Counted from the stretch's first letter, positions 15,805-27,548 are shown. The stretch is 32,000 nucleotides of DNA from Alkanindiges sp. WGS2144 (GCF_043950625.1 NZ_CP171007.1); one strand, 5' to 3'. Notes: generated by a model from the sequence alone, not told the origin. Program-made: numbers and translations.

Positions 15805-17259
15805 ATGAGCAAGGTCAAAACTCAATATCTCTGCCAGCAGTGTGGCACCAGTCACCCCAAATGGTCAGGTCAGTGCAGTGATTGCGGTGAATGGAACTGC
15901 CTGATTGAAAGCAAACCCGAAGCTGTATCCACGCACCGTGCCAAAGCCGGCATTGTGGCGGGTGGTTACGCCGGACAGGCCAGCAGTGTGACCAAGTTGA
16001 ATCAGGTCAGCTTAAGCAAAGAAACCCGGTTAAGTACGGGTATTAGCGAGTTTGACCGGGTACTGGGTGGTGGTTTGGTGGCTGGTTCAGTGGTACTCAT
16101 TGGCGGCGACCCCGGCATTGGAAAATCCACCATTTTGCTGCAAACCATGACGCATATGGCGGAACAGAAACACCCGGATCATAAGCGGGTGTATGCCAAG
16201 CAAACCATGACGCATATGGCGGAACAGGCTGGCGAAGGCAATCGTGCCTTATATGTCACCGGTGAAGAATCCTTATCGCAGGTGGCACTGCGGGCACAAC
16301 GGCTGGATTTGCCCACGCATCAACTCAGCGTGATGGCTGAAACCTGCGTAGAAACCATTTGCGCCACCCTGGCTCAGGAAAAACCCGCAGTTGCGGTGCT
16401 GGATTCGATCCAGACCTTATATACTGAAAGCCTGCAATCAGCACCCGGTGGCGTGGCGCAAATCCGTGAATCAGCCGCCCTGCTCACCCGTTTTGCCAAA
16501 AATTCCAGCACTGCGTTGTTTCTGGTCGGTCATGTCACCAAAGAAGGTGCGTTGGCTGGCCCTCGTGTGCTGGAACATATGGTGGACTGCGTGCTGTATT
16601 TTGAAGGTGAATCCGACTCGCGTTTTCGAATGATTCGAGCAGTGAAAAATCGTTTTGGGGCGGTCAATGAGCTGGGCGTATTTGCCATGACCGATCGCGG
16701 CCTGCGTGAAGTACCTAACCCGTCAGCCATTTTTTTAAGTCGCTATGATGAAGCCATTCCCGGCAGTATTGTCATGGTCAGCCGTGAAGGGACGCGTCCC
16801 CTATTGGTTGAAGTACAAGCCCTGGTGGATGATGCGCATGGGCAGCCGCGCCGTGTCGCTCTGGGTCTGGATCAAAACCGCCTTGCTATGCTGCTGGCTG
16901 TGATGCACCGGCATGGTGGGGTTCATACTACTGGACAGGATGTGTTTGTTAACGTGGTAGGTGGAGTGAAAGTACTGGAAACTGGCTCTGACCTTGCCGT
17001 GTTACTGGCCGTTGCTTCCAGTTTGCGTGGCAAAGCCTTACCCCGGCACTTGGCAGTGTTTGGTGAAGTTGGTTTATCTGGCGAAATCCGCCCAGTACCC
17101 AATGGACAGGAGCGCCTGCGCGAAGCAGTCAAACATGGTTTTAAAACCGCCATTGTACCGCGTGCCAATATGCCTCAGCAGCCGATTAAAGGTTTAAATG
17201 TGATTGCGGTGGGGCGCTTACATGAAGCACTTGAGGCAGCGCTGAACACAGCAGATTAA
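15805..17259 (+). CDS. radA: DNA repair protein RadA/Sms (484 aa) carrying a 20-codon in-frame insertion
   Basis: N-terminal zinc ribbon (CxxC...CxxC), Walker A GDPGIGKST, the KNRFG motif and a Lon-like C-terminal domain. Confidence 0.95.
   Translation: MSKVKTQYLCQQCGTSHPKWSGQCSDCGEWNCLIESKPEAVSTHRAKAGIVAGGYAGQASSVTKLNQVSLSKETRLSTGISEFDRVLGGGLVAGSVVLIGGDPGIGKSTILLQTMTHMAEQKHPDHKRVYAKQTMTHMAEQAGEGNRALYVTGEESLSQVALRAQRLDLPTHQLSVMAETCVETICATLAQEKPAVAVLDSIQTLYTESLQSAPGGVAQIRESAALLTRFAKNSSTALFLVGHVTKEGALAGPRVLEHMVDCVLYFEGESDSRFRMIRAVKNRFGAVNELGVFAMTDRGLREVPNPSAIFLSRYDEAIPGSIVMVSREGTRPLLVEVQALVDDAHGQPRRVALGLDQNRLAMLLAVMHRHGGVHTTGQDVFVNVVGGVKVLETGSDLAVLLAVASSLRGKALPRHLAVFGEVGLSGEIRPVPNGQERLREAVKHGFKTAIVPRANMPQQPIKGLNVIAVGRLHEALEAALNTAD
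16140..16227. repeat. 28-bp perfect direct repeat flanking a 32-bp insert (CRISPR-unit geometry) inside radA
   Basis: GCAAACCATGACGCATATGGCGGAACAG occurs at 16140-16167 and again at 16200-16227. The flanking bases differ on both sides, so the repeat is exactly 28 bp. The intervening 16168-16199 is 32 bp of unrelated sequence. Confidence 0.9.
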
Positions 17260-17439
17260 GCCCTTAGACAAAAAGTTGACTGAAGGTTTGATTGACAGTT
17301 TTTGTGCTGCATTTGTTAGTTTTTAAGGCTGGCTTAATGGTGATCAACAACAATTTAAAACACAATGTCTGCTTGAATTTCCCCGGCAGAACTACATTAA
17401 TGATCTAACCGTTTATAGATTAAAAACAGGTAATTGCAG

Positions 17440-18441
17440 ATGCAAATGAAAACTCGTGGTTTACTGACTGCGTTAATGATGACTACACTGGTCATTTCAC
17501 CATTGGCCGAAGCCAAGCGTATGGGCGGTGGCAAAAGCTATGGCATGAGCCGCAGCAGTAATTCTTCGCCTAGCCGTAACTACAACCGTCCGGCCACCCC
17601 ACCGCCAAACCAGCAACCAGCAACTGCACCACAACGCTCAGGCCCGGGTGTAGGGGGCATGGTGGCAGCAGGTGCGGCGGGTGCTGCTGCTGGTTATATG
17701 CTCGGTCATAGTAACGAAGCACGCGCCCAGCAAGACCCAACGGCCACAAACGATCCAACTATAGCCACCGAACAGGGTACTGCTGCCAGTGCACAGCAGG
17801 AGCAAAAAAGTAATTTTGGCTGGCTGTGGATTTTGGCTTTAGCTGCGGCTGCGTTTTTCATTTTCCGTCGTTTCAGCGCCAAAAAAGCAACTGCCAACGG
17901 TAATCCGTTCGCGCCGAGCAGTGGCGCAAACCGTCAGTCATTAAGTTCCTCTGGCCCATTTGCACGTAACAATATGCCCGCTGCATCACACCCTGGAACT
18001 AGCGACAACACCAATATCTTTGGTCAGACTGTAGGGGCTAGCAGTGCAGTGGGTGGTGCGTATAGCAGTAGCGGTAATGCCCTACCTGATGGCACTGAGC
18101 CTGCGGCCTTTTTACGTCAGGCGCGTGCCAAGTTTTTACACTTACAGTCTATGAACAGCAGCAGCAATATTGAAGAAGTGCGTCGCTACTTTACAGCAGA
18201 TATGTACACGGCTATCCGCGAGGAAATCTTGTCCAATGATGATCTGGCAGAGTTTCCGCAGCTTAATGCCCAGGTAGTTGATAGTGGTAACGAAAATGGT
18301 CAATACTTTGCCAGTGTAGAATTTAGTGGTACAGTCAGTGAGTCAGTAAATGCACAAGCTGTGCCATTTAGCGAAATCTGGCACTTTGTAAAACCACAAA
18401 ATGGTAGTGAGTGGCTGGTTGCTGGCATTCAGCAACAGTAA
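17440..18441 (+). CDS. Secreted or membrane protein with a C-terminal Tim44-like domain
   Basis: Signal peptide, a low-complexity G/A/P/Q-rich region, a TM segment (WLWILALAAAAFFIF), and a C-terminal region resembling bacterial Tim44-like domain proteins. The start is uncertain (17434 TTG, 17440 ATG or 17446 ATG). Confidence 0.6.
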   Translation: MQMKTRGLLTALMMTTLVISPLAEAKRMGGGKSYGMSRSSNSSPSRNYNRPATPPPNQQPATAPQRSGPGVGGMVAAGAAGAAAGYMLGHSNEARAQQDPTATNDPTIATEQGTAASAQQEQKSNFGWLWILALAAAAFFIFRRFSAKKATANGNPFAPSSGANRQSLSSSGPFARNNMPAASHPGTSDNTNIFGQTVGASSAVGGAYSSSGNALPDGTEPAAFLRQARAKFLHLQSMNSSSNIEEVRRYFTADMYTAIREEILSNDDLAEFPQLNAQVVDSGNENGQYFASVEFSGTVSESVNAQAVPFSEIWHFVKPQNGSEWLVAGIQQQ

Positions 18442-18480
18442 CGATACAACGCTTTGTGTTTGTTGTGTCCTGCATAAAAG

Positions 18481-18503
18481 ACCTCCTCCATGGAGGTTTT
18501 TTA
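18481..18503 (+). terminator. Rho-independent terminator
   Basis: ACCTCC-TCCAT-GGAGGT followed by a T-run. Confidence 0.7.
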
Positions 18504-18563
18504 TTGCTTGCTAATTGCCCTACCCAAACCTTATCTTAAACAGCTATACACTTTTAATTATTC

Positions 18564-18600
18564 AAAAATAAAAAAGCTCCTGCAAACAACATCAGGAGCT
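18564..18600 (-). terminator. Rho-independent terminator of purA
   Basis: On the minus strand: AGCTCCTG, a 10-nt loop, CAGGAGCT, followed by TTTTTTATTTTT. Confidence 0.7.
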
Positions 18601-18620
18601 TTCTGGGCGTTACCCGTTAC

Positions 18621-19958
<1,338 letters not shown>

Positions 19959-19999
19959 TCAAACCATTGAGCTGGCAATAAACATGCCAGCCTGAAAAT

Positions 20000-21163
20000 T
20001 TATATTACCTGACGTTGCCATTGCTGATCCTGCTGGATCAATTGGTGGGTCACTCCTGCCTGCCGGTCTTGTTCATCCAGCATTTGAATCACCACAAAAC
20101 CATCCTGACGTGCCTGTTCAATAGCCGCCTGTAAGCCTTGCTCCTGTCCTGCCGGTGCCAGCATGACAGGCCTAACCTGTAACTGCTGCCCCTGTACCAG
20201 TGCATACAGATCGCAGCTAAATCCGGTCGCTGGACGCTCACGACCAAACGCTACACCAATGCCATCGTAACGTCCACCCTGCGCCAATGGCACGGCACGG
20301 TTAGCGCCATAAGCGGCAAATGTCAAACCCGTATGATAGTTATAGCCACGCAACTCGGCAGCATCCACCCCAACATTAAGCGCCGGCCAGTATTGTTGTA
20401 CATGTGCCTGAGCCTGCTCCAGTGCAGCCAGCGCCTGTTGCAGTGTATCATTGGCCAGTGCTTGTACAGATAACTGTTGTTTGAGTGCGGTTAAATCATG
20501 ACCATAGCGGCCCAGTACATAAAAATCCTGACCAGATGGCAGCGTCGCTGTATATTCAGACAGCTCAGGAATGGCTTTACGCTGATACAAGTCCGTCAGT
20601 TTGGCTTCCTGGTTTTCTGTTAGACCGGCGCTACGGGCAAGATTCCTGAAAATAGCCACGTGACCCAGATCCAGATGCAACTGCTGTTCAAACCCGGCTT
20701 GCTTTAGTACAGTCAGCATTAAATCCAGCATTTCAAGATCAGCAGCCAACCCTTCAAAACCATACAACTCGGCACCGAGTTGCAAAGGCGCACGCGAGGC
20801 AGATAATCCCTGGGGTTTGGTATGTAAAACTGTTGCGGCATAGCAATATCGTGCAATGCCTTCAACTGGCCGCACATGCGCATCTATTCGTGCCACTTGC
20901 GGGGTCATATCCGCCCGCACACCAAGCAAACGCCCGGATAGCTGATCAATGAGCTTAAAGGTAGCCAGGTCAAGATCGGCAGTCGTACGATTTAATAAGG
21001 AAAGAGATTCGACATATTCAATAAGTGGCGTGTATACCAGCTCATAGCCATGGCTGGCGAGTAAGTCCAGTAAACGACGACGAAGCTGTTCAATCACTTG
21101 CGCCTGCTCTGGCAGCACATCAGCCACCCCATCAGGCAGTAACCAAGTTTCGACAACGGACAT
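20000..21163 (-). CDS. hisZ: ATP phosphoribosyltransferase regulatory subunit HisZ (387 aa)
   Basis: HisRS-like catalytic core without an anticodon-binding domain, N-terminus WLLPDGVADVLP. It lies immediately upstream of purA, which is the typical hisZ-purA arrangement. Confidence 0.85.
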   Translation of the reverse strand: MSVVETWLLPDGVADVLPEQAQVIEQLRRRLLDLLASHGYELVYTPLIEYVESLSLLNRTTADLDLATFKLIDQLSGRLLGVRADMTPQVARIDAHVRPVEGIARYCYAATVLHTKPQGLSASRAPLQLGAELYGFEGLAADLEMLDLMLTVLKQAGFEQQLHLDLGHVAIFRNLARSAGLTENQEAKLTDLYQRKAIPELSEYTATLPSGQDFYVLGRYGHDLTALKQQLSVQALANDTLQQALAALEQAQAHVQQYWPALNVGVDAAELRGYNYHTGLTFAAYGANRAVPLAQGGRYDGIGVAFGRERPATGFSCDLYALVQGQQLQVRPVMLAPAGQEQGLQAAIEQARQDGFVVIQMLDEQDRQAGVTHQLIQQDQQWQRQVI

Positions 21164-21324
21164 GCTAAAACCTATTTATTTTTGGTAGAAAGCTAAAAAA
21201 GCCACTAGCCACACGAAAAAAAATCGGGCTACTCCCCGACGCTGGCAAGTCTAGCATGAAGCATAAACTGTTGCACGCTTCAAGCTAGCTAATTCATGAG
21301 AAAAACCAGCATTGTGAACTGGCA

Positions 21325-22383
21325 TTAAAACTTAACCGGCACCACACTCAGCGCCTTGCACAAATCCAGCATACGGTTGGCATAACCCCATTCATTATCA
21401 TACCAGGCCAGCACTTTAGCCTGCTTGCCGACCACCATGGTTTGCAAACTATCCACTACCAATGAATACGGCTGGTGGTTAAAATCACTGGATACCAGCG
21501 GCTGATCTGTCACATCCATAATATGGAAGTACTGATTTTGCGCAGCATCTATAAATAACTGATTAATCGTCTGTACATCAGCTGGTCTTTGCATCACAAA
21601 CGACAAATCAATCGCCGCAACATTAATGGTTGGTACCCGTATGGAGTAGCCATCAATACGATTTTCCATATGCGGCAGTACCCGCTTTAAGGCGCCTAAC
21701 GCACTGGAAGTGGTAGGAATAATATTATAGCCCGAGGCTCTGGCACGACGTGGATCACGGTGTGCCTGATCCAGCACGGCCTGATCGGTAGTGACTGCAT
21801 GAATTTCGGTCATCAAGGCGGTTTCAATACCAAAGGCATCATCCAGCAGCTTAACCAGCGGTACCAGTGCTTGCGTAGTACAGGATACACTGGAAATCAC
21901 CCGGTCGGTGGCGCTTATTTCATGCTCATTCACGCCAAATACTACGGCGGCGTCAACTGTATCAAAGGGTGCTGCACCAATAATCACTCGTCCCGCACCT
22001 GCCTGCAAATGCCGCGATGCCCCTTCACGTGAGCGGAACAAACCCGTACACTCCAGTACCACATCAATATCCAGCGCCTGCCAGGGCAGTTGTTCAGGCT
22101 GGGTTTGCTGCAACAGGCGGATTTTTTTAATATTATTGGTGTGCTCAATATGCAAAAAGGTTTGACCAGATTCTTTTTGTACTTCTACTTTGGCATTAAA
22201 ACGGCCATGCGTGCTGTCAAAACGCAACAGGTGAGCCAGCATCTCTGCTTCAGCAATATCATTGATTGCAGCAATGTTTACCTGTGGCCACAGGTTTTCT
22301 TCTATCCATGCCCGCAGCACATTACGGCCAATTCTTCCAAAACCATTAATGGCAATATTTAAGCAAGTAGAAGGTGGGCTCAC
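21325..22383 (-). CDS. epd: GAPDH-family dehydrogenase, probably erythrose-4-phosphate dehydrogenase (352 aa)
   Basis: NGFGRIGRN, SCTT and WYDNEWGYANR motifs. The DFNH motif and the position next to tkt favour Epd over glycolytic GapA. The subfamily assignment is tentative. Confidence 0.7.
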   Translation of the reverse strand: MSPPSTCLNIAINGFGRIGRNVLRAWIEENLWPQVNIAAINDIAEAEMLAHLLRFDSTHGRFNAKVEVQKESGQTFLHIEHTNNIKKIRLLQQTQPEQLPWQALDIDVVLECTGLFRSREGASRHLQAGAGRVIIGAAPFDTVDAAVVFGVNEHEISATDRVISSVSCTTQALVPLVKLLDDAFGIETALMTEIHAVTTDQAVLDQAHRDPRRARASGYNIIPTTSSALGALKRVLPHMENRIDGYSIRVPTINVAAIDLSFVMQRPADVQTINQLFIDAAQNQYFHIMDVTDQPLVSSDFNHQPYSLVVDSLQTMVVGKQAKVLAWYDNEWGYANRMLDLCKALSVVPVKF

Positions 22384-22622
22384 AGCACAGGCTCAGCAAT
22401 AAAAGCAGCTTAGTGTAACGTATCAACTGATGAATAAAAATAATAAACTTTTTTCGGGGTAAAAGTCCTGTATTTTTTCTACAGCGTTATTTTTTGGGCA
22501 ATGCCTGTGCTTAATTGATCCATTCACCTTTTCACAAATTCCTTCAATAACTGGCACCATTATTGCTTAATGCATTAACAGCGTCTAATAGTTTTGTTAT
22601 TTCATGAACAGAGTCACATAAT

Positions 22623-23291
22623 ATGGACATTATCCCAACTTCCTTTAAGGTACTGGTGCTCAGTTTTGCCATTCTAGGATCAAATTCGTCACTAGCAGAA
22701 ACGATTTATACCTGGGAGGACGAACGAGAAGCCCTAACCAATTATGGTGATATTCCACCAGATGATGAATTAGGTGCTGATGCAGTGAAAATTGTTAACC
22801 TCCAGCAAGGCTTAACCACTAAGGTTGATTTTCCTACCCGTGCCGTGGATGAGGCGATAGAAAAATCGCGTCAACTCAGCTTAATAAGTCCATCTGCTGG
22901 ACCAGCAAGCCAGAATCCGTCTGCCACAAACGCTCCCAAAATGATTGGTTCTTCAGCACCTGCATCAACAGGCGCAACTTTGCCACCCCAGCCTCTAGCT
23001 AATGACCAGCCTCGCATGCTTGGTTCTGGTAGTAGCAACACTGCTAATGACTCTGCGGAAGCACAAAAGCTGAATGAACAGGAAGCCAAGCTGGAAGCAC
23101 AGGCTCAAAGCGCCCGCCGTATTGCAATGGACAAGCGCAAGGAAGAAATGCGGGCACTGGCTGAACGTGTGCGTAATGGCGCTGCATCCAGACAAGAAAT
23201 TGCTGCATTGATGACGTACCGCCAGACCGCCTCCTTTGGTGAAGCACGCGGTGCACTGGCTCGCCCCAAAGTATCGACCAAGTCGCAGTGA
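22623..23291 (+). CDS. Secreted DUF4124-like protein (222 aa)
   Basis: Signal peptide, an IYTWEDE..NYGDIPP motif typical of DUF4124, and a low-complexity, coiled C-terminal half. Confidence 0.55.
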   Translation: MDIIPTSFKVLVLSFAILGSNSSLAETIYTWEDEREALTNYGDIPPDDELGADAVKIVNLQQGLTTKVDFPTRAVDEAIEKSRQLSLISPSAGPASQNPSATNAPKMIGSSAPASTGATLPPQPLANDQPRMLGSGSSNTANDSAEAQKLNEQEAKLEAQAQSARRIAMDKRKEEMRALAERVRNGAASRQEIAALMTYRQTASFGEARGALARPKVSTKSQ

Positions 23292-23383
23292 AATAACGCA
23301 TTAAAGCAAAAAAGCCCCCTAAAACAGGAGGCTTCCCAGGCTATTTTTTAACAGATCGCTTTATTTAACCCAAACTGTTAGCG

Positions 23384-23411
23384 CAATTGTCCTGTTAAAA
23401 CAGGACAATTG
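23384..23411. other. Perfect 12-bp stem-loop between the convergent DUF4124 gene and tkt (possible bidirectional terminator; no U-tract)
   Basis: CAATTGTCCTGT-TAAA-ACAGGACAATTG. Confidence 0.35.
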
Positions 23412-23421
23412 TCTGACAATG

Positions 23422-25410
23422 CTAGGTAGTCACTTCCTGTACCGCTGCCACTACCGCCTCAACAGTAATACCAAAATGCTTAAATAAGTCTTTGGCAGGT
23501 GCAGACTCACCATAAGTTGTCATACCAATCACCTTGCCATCCAGACCCACAAATTTCCACCAGTAATCTACATGGGCAGCCTCTACCGCCACACGGGCAC
23601 GAATACAGGCTGGCAATACAGACTCGCGATAGTTTGCGTCCTGACGCATAAATTCTTCAGCACATGGCATGGATACCACCCGTACACCATCCAGTTGCCC
23701 ATACGCTTGCATAGCTAGATCTACTTCTGAGCCAGTGGCAATAATAATGGCCTTGAGTTCACCTTTTTCTGGTGCCAGCACATAGCCGCCTTTAGCAGCG
23801 TTATTAAGCTGCTCTTCAGTACGGGTTTCATGTGGTAAATTCTGACGTGAAAAAATCAGTGCCGTTGGCCCATCTTTACGCTCAAGGGCTGATTTCCAGG
23901 CAATCGCTGCTTCCACTGCATCGGCTGGACGCCAGGTATTGAGGTTAGGCGTATTACGTAAAGAAGCAATTTGCTCAATAGGTTGGTGGGTTGGGCCATC
24001 TTCCCCTAAACCAATGGAGTCATGGGTATAAACATGAATCACCCGCTGCTTCATCAGGGCTGACATACGCACTGCATTACGGGCATACTCCATAAACATC
24101 AGGAAAGTGGCTACATACGGAATAAAACCACCATGCAAGGCAATGCCGTTGGCAATGGCAGTCATACCAAACTCACGTACGCCATAATAAATATAATTAC
24201 CAGTTGGGTTATCCTGAATTCCCTCACAACCTTTCCATAAAGTCAGGTTGGAACCAGCTAAGTCAGCTGAACCGCCCAGCAATTCAGGCAACAGCGGGCC
24301 AAAGGCTTCCAGGGTATTCTGGCTGGCTTTGCGGCTGGCAATGGTCTCACCTTTTTCATTGACGTCACGAATAAACTGCTCAGCCCGGGCAGCAAAATCG
24401 GCTGGCAAATCACCACTTAAACGACGCTGTAATTCGCTGGCCAGTTCTGGATACTGCGCTTTATAAGTATCAAACAGTTTATTCCACTCAGCTTCCTGTG
24501 CTTCCCCTTTTTGTCTGCCGTCCCATGCAGCATACACATCAGCTGGAATAACAAATGGCTCATCCGTCCAGGTCAGGGTATCGCGCATCAGCTCAATTTC
24601 TGGCAGGCCCAGCGGTGCGCCGTGACAAGACTCTTTACCCTGTTTGTTGGGCGAACCTAAACCAATCACAGTTTTACAAACGATCAGACTTGGTTTGGAG
24701 GTCTGGGACTGAGCTTCAAGTGTCGCCTGATGAATGGCTTCGGTGTCATGACCATCCACCTTAATCACATGCCAGCCATAGGCTTCAAAACGTGCTTGCG
24801 TATCGTCGCTAAACCAGCCTTCTACACTGCCATCAATGGAAATGCCGTTGTCATCATAATAAACAATCAATTTACCTAATTGCAGCGTACCAGCCAGAGA
24901 GCACACCTCGTGTGAAATACCCTCCATTAAGCAGCCATCACCCACAAAACAGTAAGTAAAATGATCCACTACATTCAGGTCACCACGGTTAAACTGGGCA
25001 GCCAGGGTTTTTTCGCTAATGGCAAAACCTACTGCATTAGCAATACCCTGCCCTAGCGGGCCAGTCGTGGTCTCTACCCCGGCGGTATAACCATACTCCG
25101 GGTGTCCAGGCGTTTTACTGTGCAGTTGGCGAAACTGTTTTAAGTCATCAATGGATAAATCATAGCCAGTCAGATGCAGTAAGGCATATTGCAGCATGGA
25201 ACCATGCCCATTGGACAACACAAAGCGATCACGGTTTGGCCAGCTAGGGTTGCTGGGGTTATGACGTAAAATTTGCCGCCACAACACTTCAGCAATTTCT
25301 GCCATACCCATCGGGGCTCCCGGATGACCAGAATTTGCCTGTTGAACCGCATCAACTGCCAGCACACGTATTGCATTGGCAAGGCGACGTTCATTAAGTG
25401 GTGTTGTCAT
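23422..25410 (-). CDS. tkt: Transketolase (662 aa)
   Basis: SGHPG, the [10 protein letters not shown] ThDP motif and [15 protein letters not shown]. Confidence 0.97.
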   Translation of the reverse strand: MTTPLNERRLANAIRVLAVDAVQQANSGHPGAPMGMAEIAEVLWRQILRHNPSNPSWPNRDRFVLSNGHGSMLQYALLHLTGYDLSIDDLKQFRQLHSKTPGHPEYGYTAGVETTTGPLGQGIANAVGFAISEKTLAAQFNRGDLNVVDHFTYCFVGDGCLMEGISHEVCSLAGTLQLGKLIVYYDDNGISIDGSVEGWFSDDTQARFEAYGWHVIKVDGHDTEAIHQATLEAQSQTSKPSLIVCKTVIGLGSPNKQGKESCHGAPLGLPEIELMRDTLTWTDEPFVIPADVYAAWDGRQKGEAQEAEWNKLFDTYKAQYPELASELQRRLSGDLPADFAARAEQFIRDVNEKGETIASRKASQNTLEAFGPLLPELLGGSADLAGSNLTLWKGCEGIQDNPTGNYIYYGVREFGMTAIANGIALHGGFIPYVATFLMFMEYARNAVRMSALMKQRVIHVYTHDSIGLGEDGPTHQPIEQIASLRNTPNLNTWRPADAVEAAIAWKSALERKDGPTALIFSRQNLPHETRTEEQLNNAAKGGYVLAPEKGELKAIIIATGSEVDLAMQAYGQLDGVRVVSMPCAEEFMRQDANYRESVLPACIRARVAVEAAHVDYWWKFVGLDGKVIGMTTYGESAPAKDLFKHFGITVEAVVAAVQEVTT

Positions 25411-25669
25411 GAGCCAGTTTCCAGAAAATAAAAATAAACCTGAATAAAAAAAGGCCAGATACTGACCAAAAAGCTGTGCCTATTGTCCTAAAAATAACGC
25501 AGGGGGTAAAGTAAAAATCTGCCTTTTAATACCGTGGTTCATCGACTCTCCATATAACCATAAAAATTATTGTGATCCGATCAGGCATTTTTCATCAAAG
25601 AGCGCTAGTCCAAAACAGTAAGTCGCGCTAACATAGCCCCCATCTTTATTTTTGATTTCTGGAACATTC

Positions 25670-26836
25670 ATGCGCGAATACGCTGTCTTTACGTCAGAAT
25701 CGGTCAGTGAAGGCCACCCAGATAAAATGGCCGACCAAATCAGTGATGCCATCCTTGATGCAATTTTACAACAAGACTTATATGCCCGTGTGGCCTGCGA
25801 AACGCTGGTAAAAACCGGCGCCGTGGTACTGGCTGGAGAAATTACTACCACTGCTAACGTGGATTTTGAAAGAATTGTGCGTGATACCGTCAATGGGATT
25901 GGTTATCATCATTCTGATTTAGGTTTTGACGGTTCAACTTGCGCGGTGATTAATATGCTAGGCAAGCAATCACCTGAAATTGCCCAGGGTGTTGACCGCC
26001 AAAAACCCGAAGATCAGGGTGCAGGTGATCAGGGGCTGATGTTCGGCTATGCCAGCTCTGAAACTGACGTATTAATGCCTGCCCCCATTTGCTACGCGCA
26101 CCGCCTGGTTGAAAAACAATCTGAGCTACGCCGTAGCGGACATCTATCCTGGTTGCGCCCGGATGCCAAAAGCCAGGTGACCTTTCATTATGAAAATGGC
26201 AAACCTGCCCGCGTCGATGCTATTGTACTGTCGACCCAGCATGACCCTTCCATTAGTCAAGAAGAGCTCAAAGAAGCAGTGATTGAAGAAATTGTTAAGG
26301 CAGTCATTCCGGCTAACATGCTACATGCAGCCACCAAGTTTCATATTAACCCTACGGGTAAGTTTGTGATTGGTGGCCCGGTGGGTGATTGTGGTTTAAC
26401 TGGCCGCAAAATTATTGTCGATACTTATGGTGGTATGGCGCGTCACGGCGGTGGGGCGTTTTCCGGTAAAGACCCTTCCAAGGTAGACCGCTCAGCAGCC
26501 TACGCTGGTCGTTACGTGGCCAAGAACATTGTGGCAGCGGGTCTTGCCGAGAAGTGCGAGATTCAGGTGAGCTATGCCATCGGTGTTGCAGAACCCACCT
26601 CTATTTCTATTAATACCTTTGGTACCGGCAAAATCAGTGATGAGCAAATTATTGCCTTGATCCGCGAACACTTTGACCTGCGTCCTTATGGCATTACCCG
26701 TATGCTGAACCTGTTGCAACCGATGTATCAAAAAACCGCTAGCTTTGGTCACTTTGGCCGTCAGGGTTCTGACAATGCCTTTACCTGGGAAAAAACCGAC
26801 AAGGCAGACCAGTTAAGGCAGGCAGCTGGAGTTTAG
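25670..26836 (+). CDS. metK: S-adenosylmethionine synthetase (about 388 aa from [19 protein letters not shown])
   Basis: [19 protein letters not shown] and [16 protein letters not shown] motifs. The start at 25670 is preferred over the TTG at 25652 by alignment with E. coli MetK. Confidence 0.96.
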   Translation: MREYAVFTSESVSEGHPDKMADQISDAILDAILQQDLYARVACETLVKTGAVVLAGEITTTANVDFERIVRDTVNGIGYHHSDLGFDGSTCAVINMLGKQSPEIAQGVDRQKPEDQGAGDQGLMFGYASSETDVLMPAPICYAHRLVEKQSELRRSGHLSWLRPDAKSQVTFHYENGKPARVDAIVLSTQHDPSISQEELKEAVIEEIVKAVIPANMLHAATKFHINPTGKFVIGGPVGDCGLTGRKIIVDTYGGMARHGGGAFSGKDPSKVDRSAAYAGRYVAKNIVAAGLAEKCEIQVSYAIGVAEPTSISINTFGTGKISDEQIIALIREHFDLRPYGITRMLNLLQPMYQKTASFGHFGRQGSDNAFTWEKTDKADQLRQAAGV

Positions 26837-26878
26837 GCCGCGTTTTTTCAGCCAGAAGCTACTGGCTGCAATCTAACT

Positions 26879-26912
26879 ACCGTTCTATGCCCTATCGCAT
26901 AAGCGGTTTTTT
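26879..26912 (+). terminator. Probable metK terminator
   Basis: An imperfect hairpin (ACCG..TATGC / GCATA..CGGT) followed by T6. Confidence 0.45.
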
Positions 26913-26930
26913 AATGTCCAGTATTTTTAC

Positions 26931-27548
26931 CTACTCCAGCTCTGGCTGGTCAAAAGCCAGATACATCAGATAGCTTTTGATATCTAGCGGCCAATCATGA
27001 ATTAATCCAGCAAATTCTTCCTGGTCATTGGCAAATAAAGCACGTGATGCTTCTTCAAAATGAGCCAAATTACCACCCAGTGCATACATCACCTGATAAG
27101 CAGCTTCAATTGCCTGTTCCTGCCGTGTTTTACCTTGCCCCGACTTGCGGGCCTGCTCTACTAAGCGCCTCAAGGTCGCAGAAGTACCAGCCGGTTGCGC
27201 ATTCAACCATTCCCAATGCCTTGGCAATAAAGTTACTTCTTTGGAAACCACACCCAGTTTAGGGCGACCTCTACTTCGGGCAACCTGTACCGGTTCACCG
27301 TCCTGTTTCTCAATAAGGCTGGTCTTAGCAGCTAATTCTGGATTTGCTGCCAGTGCTTCAATCATGCCATTTTTACCCCTGCTAAAATCAAAATCCAGCA
27401 GTTTACCAGTCTGGTCATTAAAAACCAGAATACCTCTACTTTCGCCAGCCATGATGTGCTTATTGACAAAAAGTCCTGCTTCTATAGCCGTTCCTTTAAA
27501 AAAGCACTGCTGTTCTATAAAAACATGACATGGTGTTGTTAAGTTCAT
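26931..27548 (-). CDS. Conserved hypothetical protein, DUF2239-like (205 aa)
   Basis: The central RGRPKLGVVSKEVTLLPRHWEWL motif resembles DUF2239 proteins as I remember them. No function is known. Confidence 0.45.
   Translation of the reverse strand: MNLTTPCHVFIEQQCFFKGTAIEAGLFVNKHIMAGESRGILVFNDQTGKLLDFDFSRGKNGMIEALAANPELAAKTSLIEKQDGEPVQVARSRGRPKLGVVSKEVTLLPRHWEWLNAQPAGTSATLRRLVEQARKSGQGKTRQEQAIEAAYQVMYALGGNLAHFEEASRALFANDQEEFAGLIHDWPLDIKSYLMYLAFDQPELE

Noticed and set aside
16140-16167. Similarity of the radA 28-mer to the CRISPR repeat. The reverse complement shares GCCAT at the same register (positions 8-12); overall identity is 9-10/28 in either orientation
   Set aside because: This is not distinguishable from chance (about 7/28 expected). 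I do not claim the site was chosen by repeat mimicry, and the integration orientation is undetermined.
25411-25669. Possible SAM riboswitch or regulatory hairpin upstream of metK (GAGCGC...GCGCT)
   Set aside because: I could not match any SAM riboswitch consensus by eye. It is only a short hairpin in a divergent promoter region.
25567-25893. 108-aa minus-strand ORF overlapping the metK start
   Set aside because: It is antisense to the highly conserved metK N-terminus, has no SD and has low-complexity composition.
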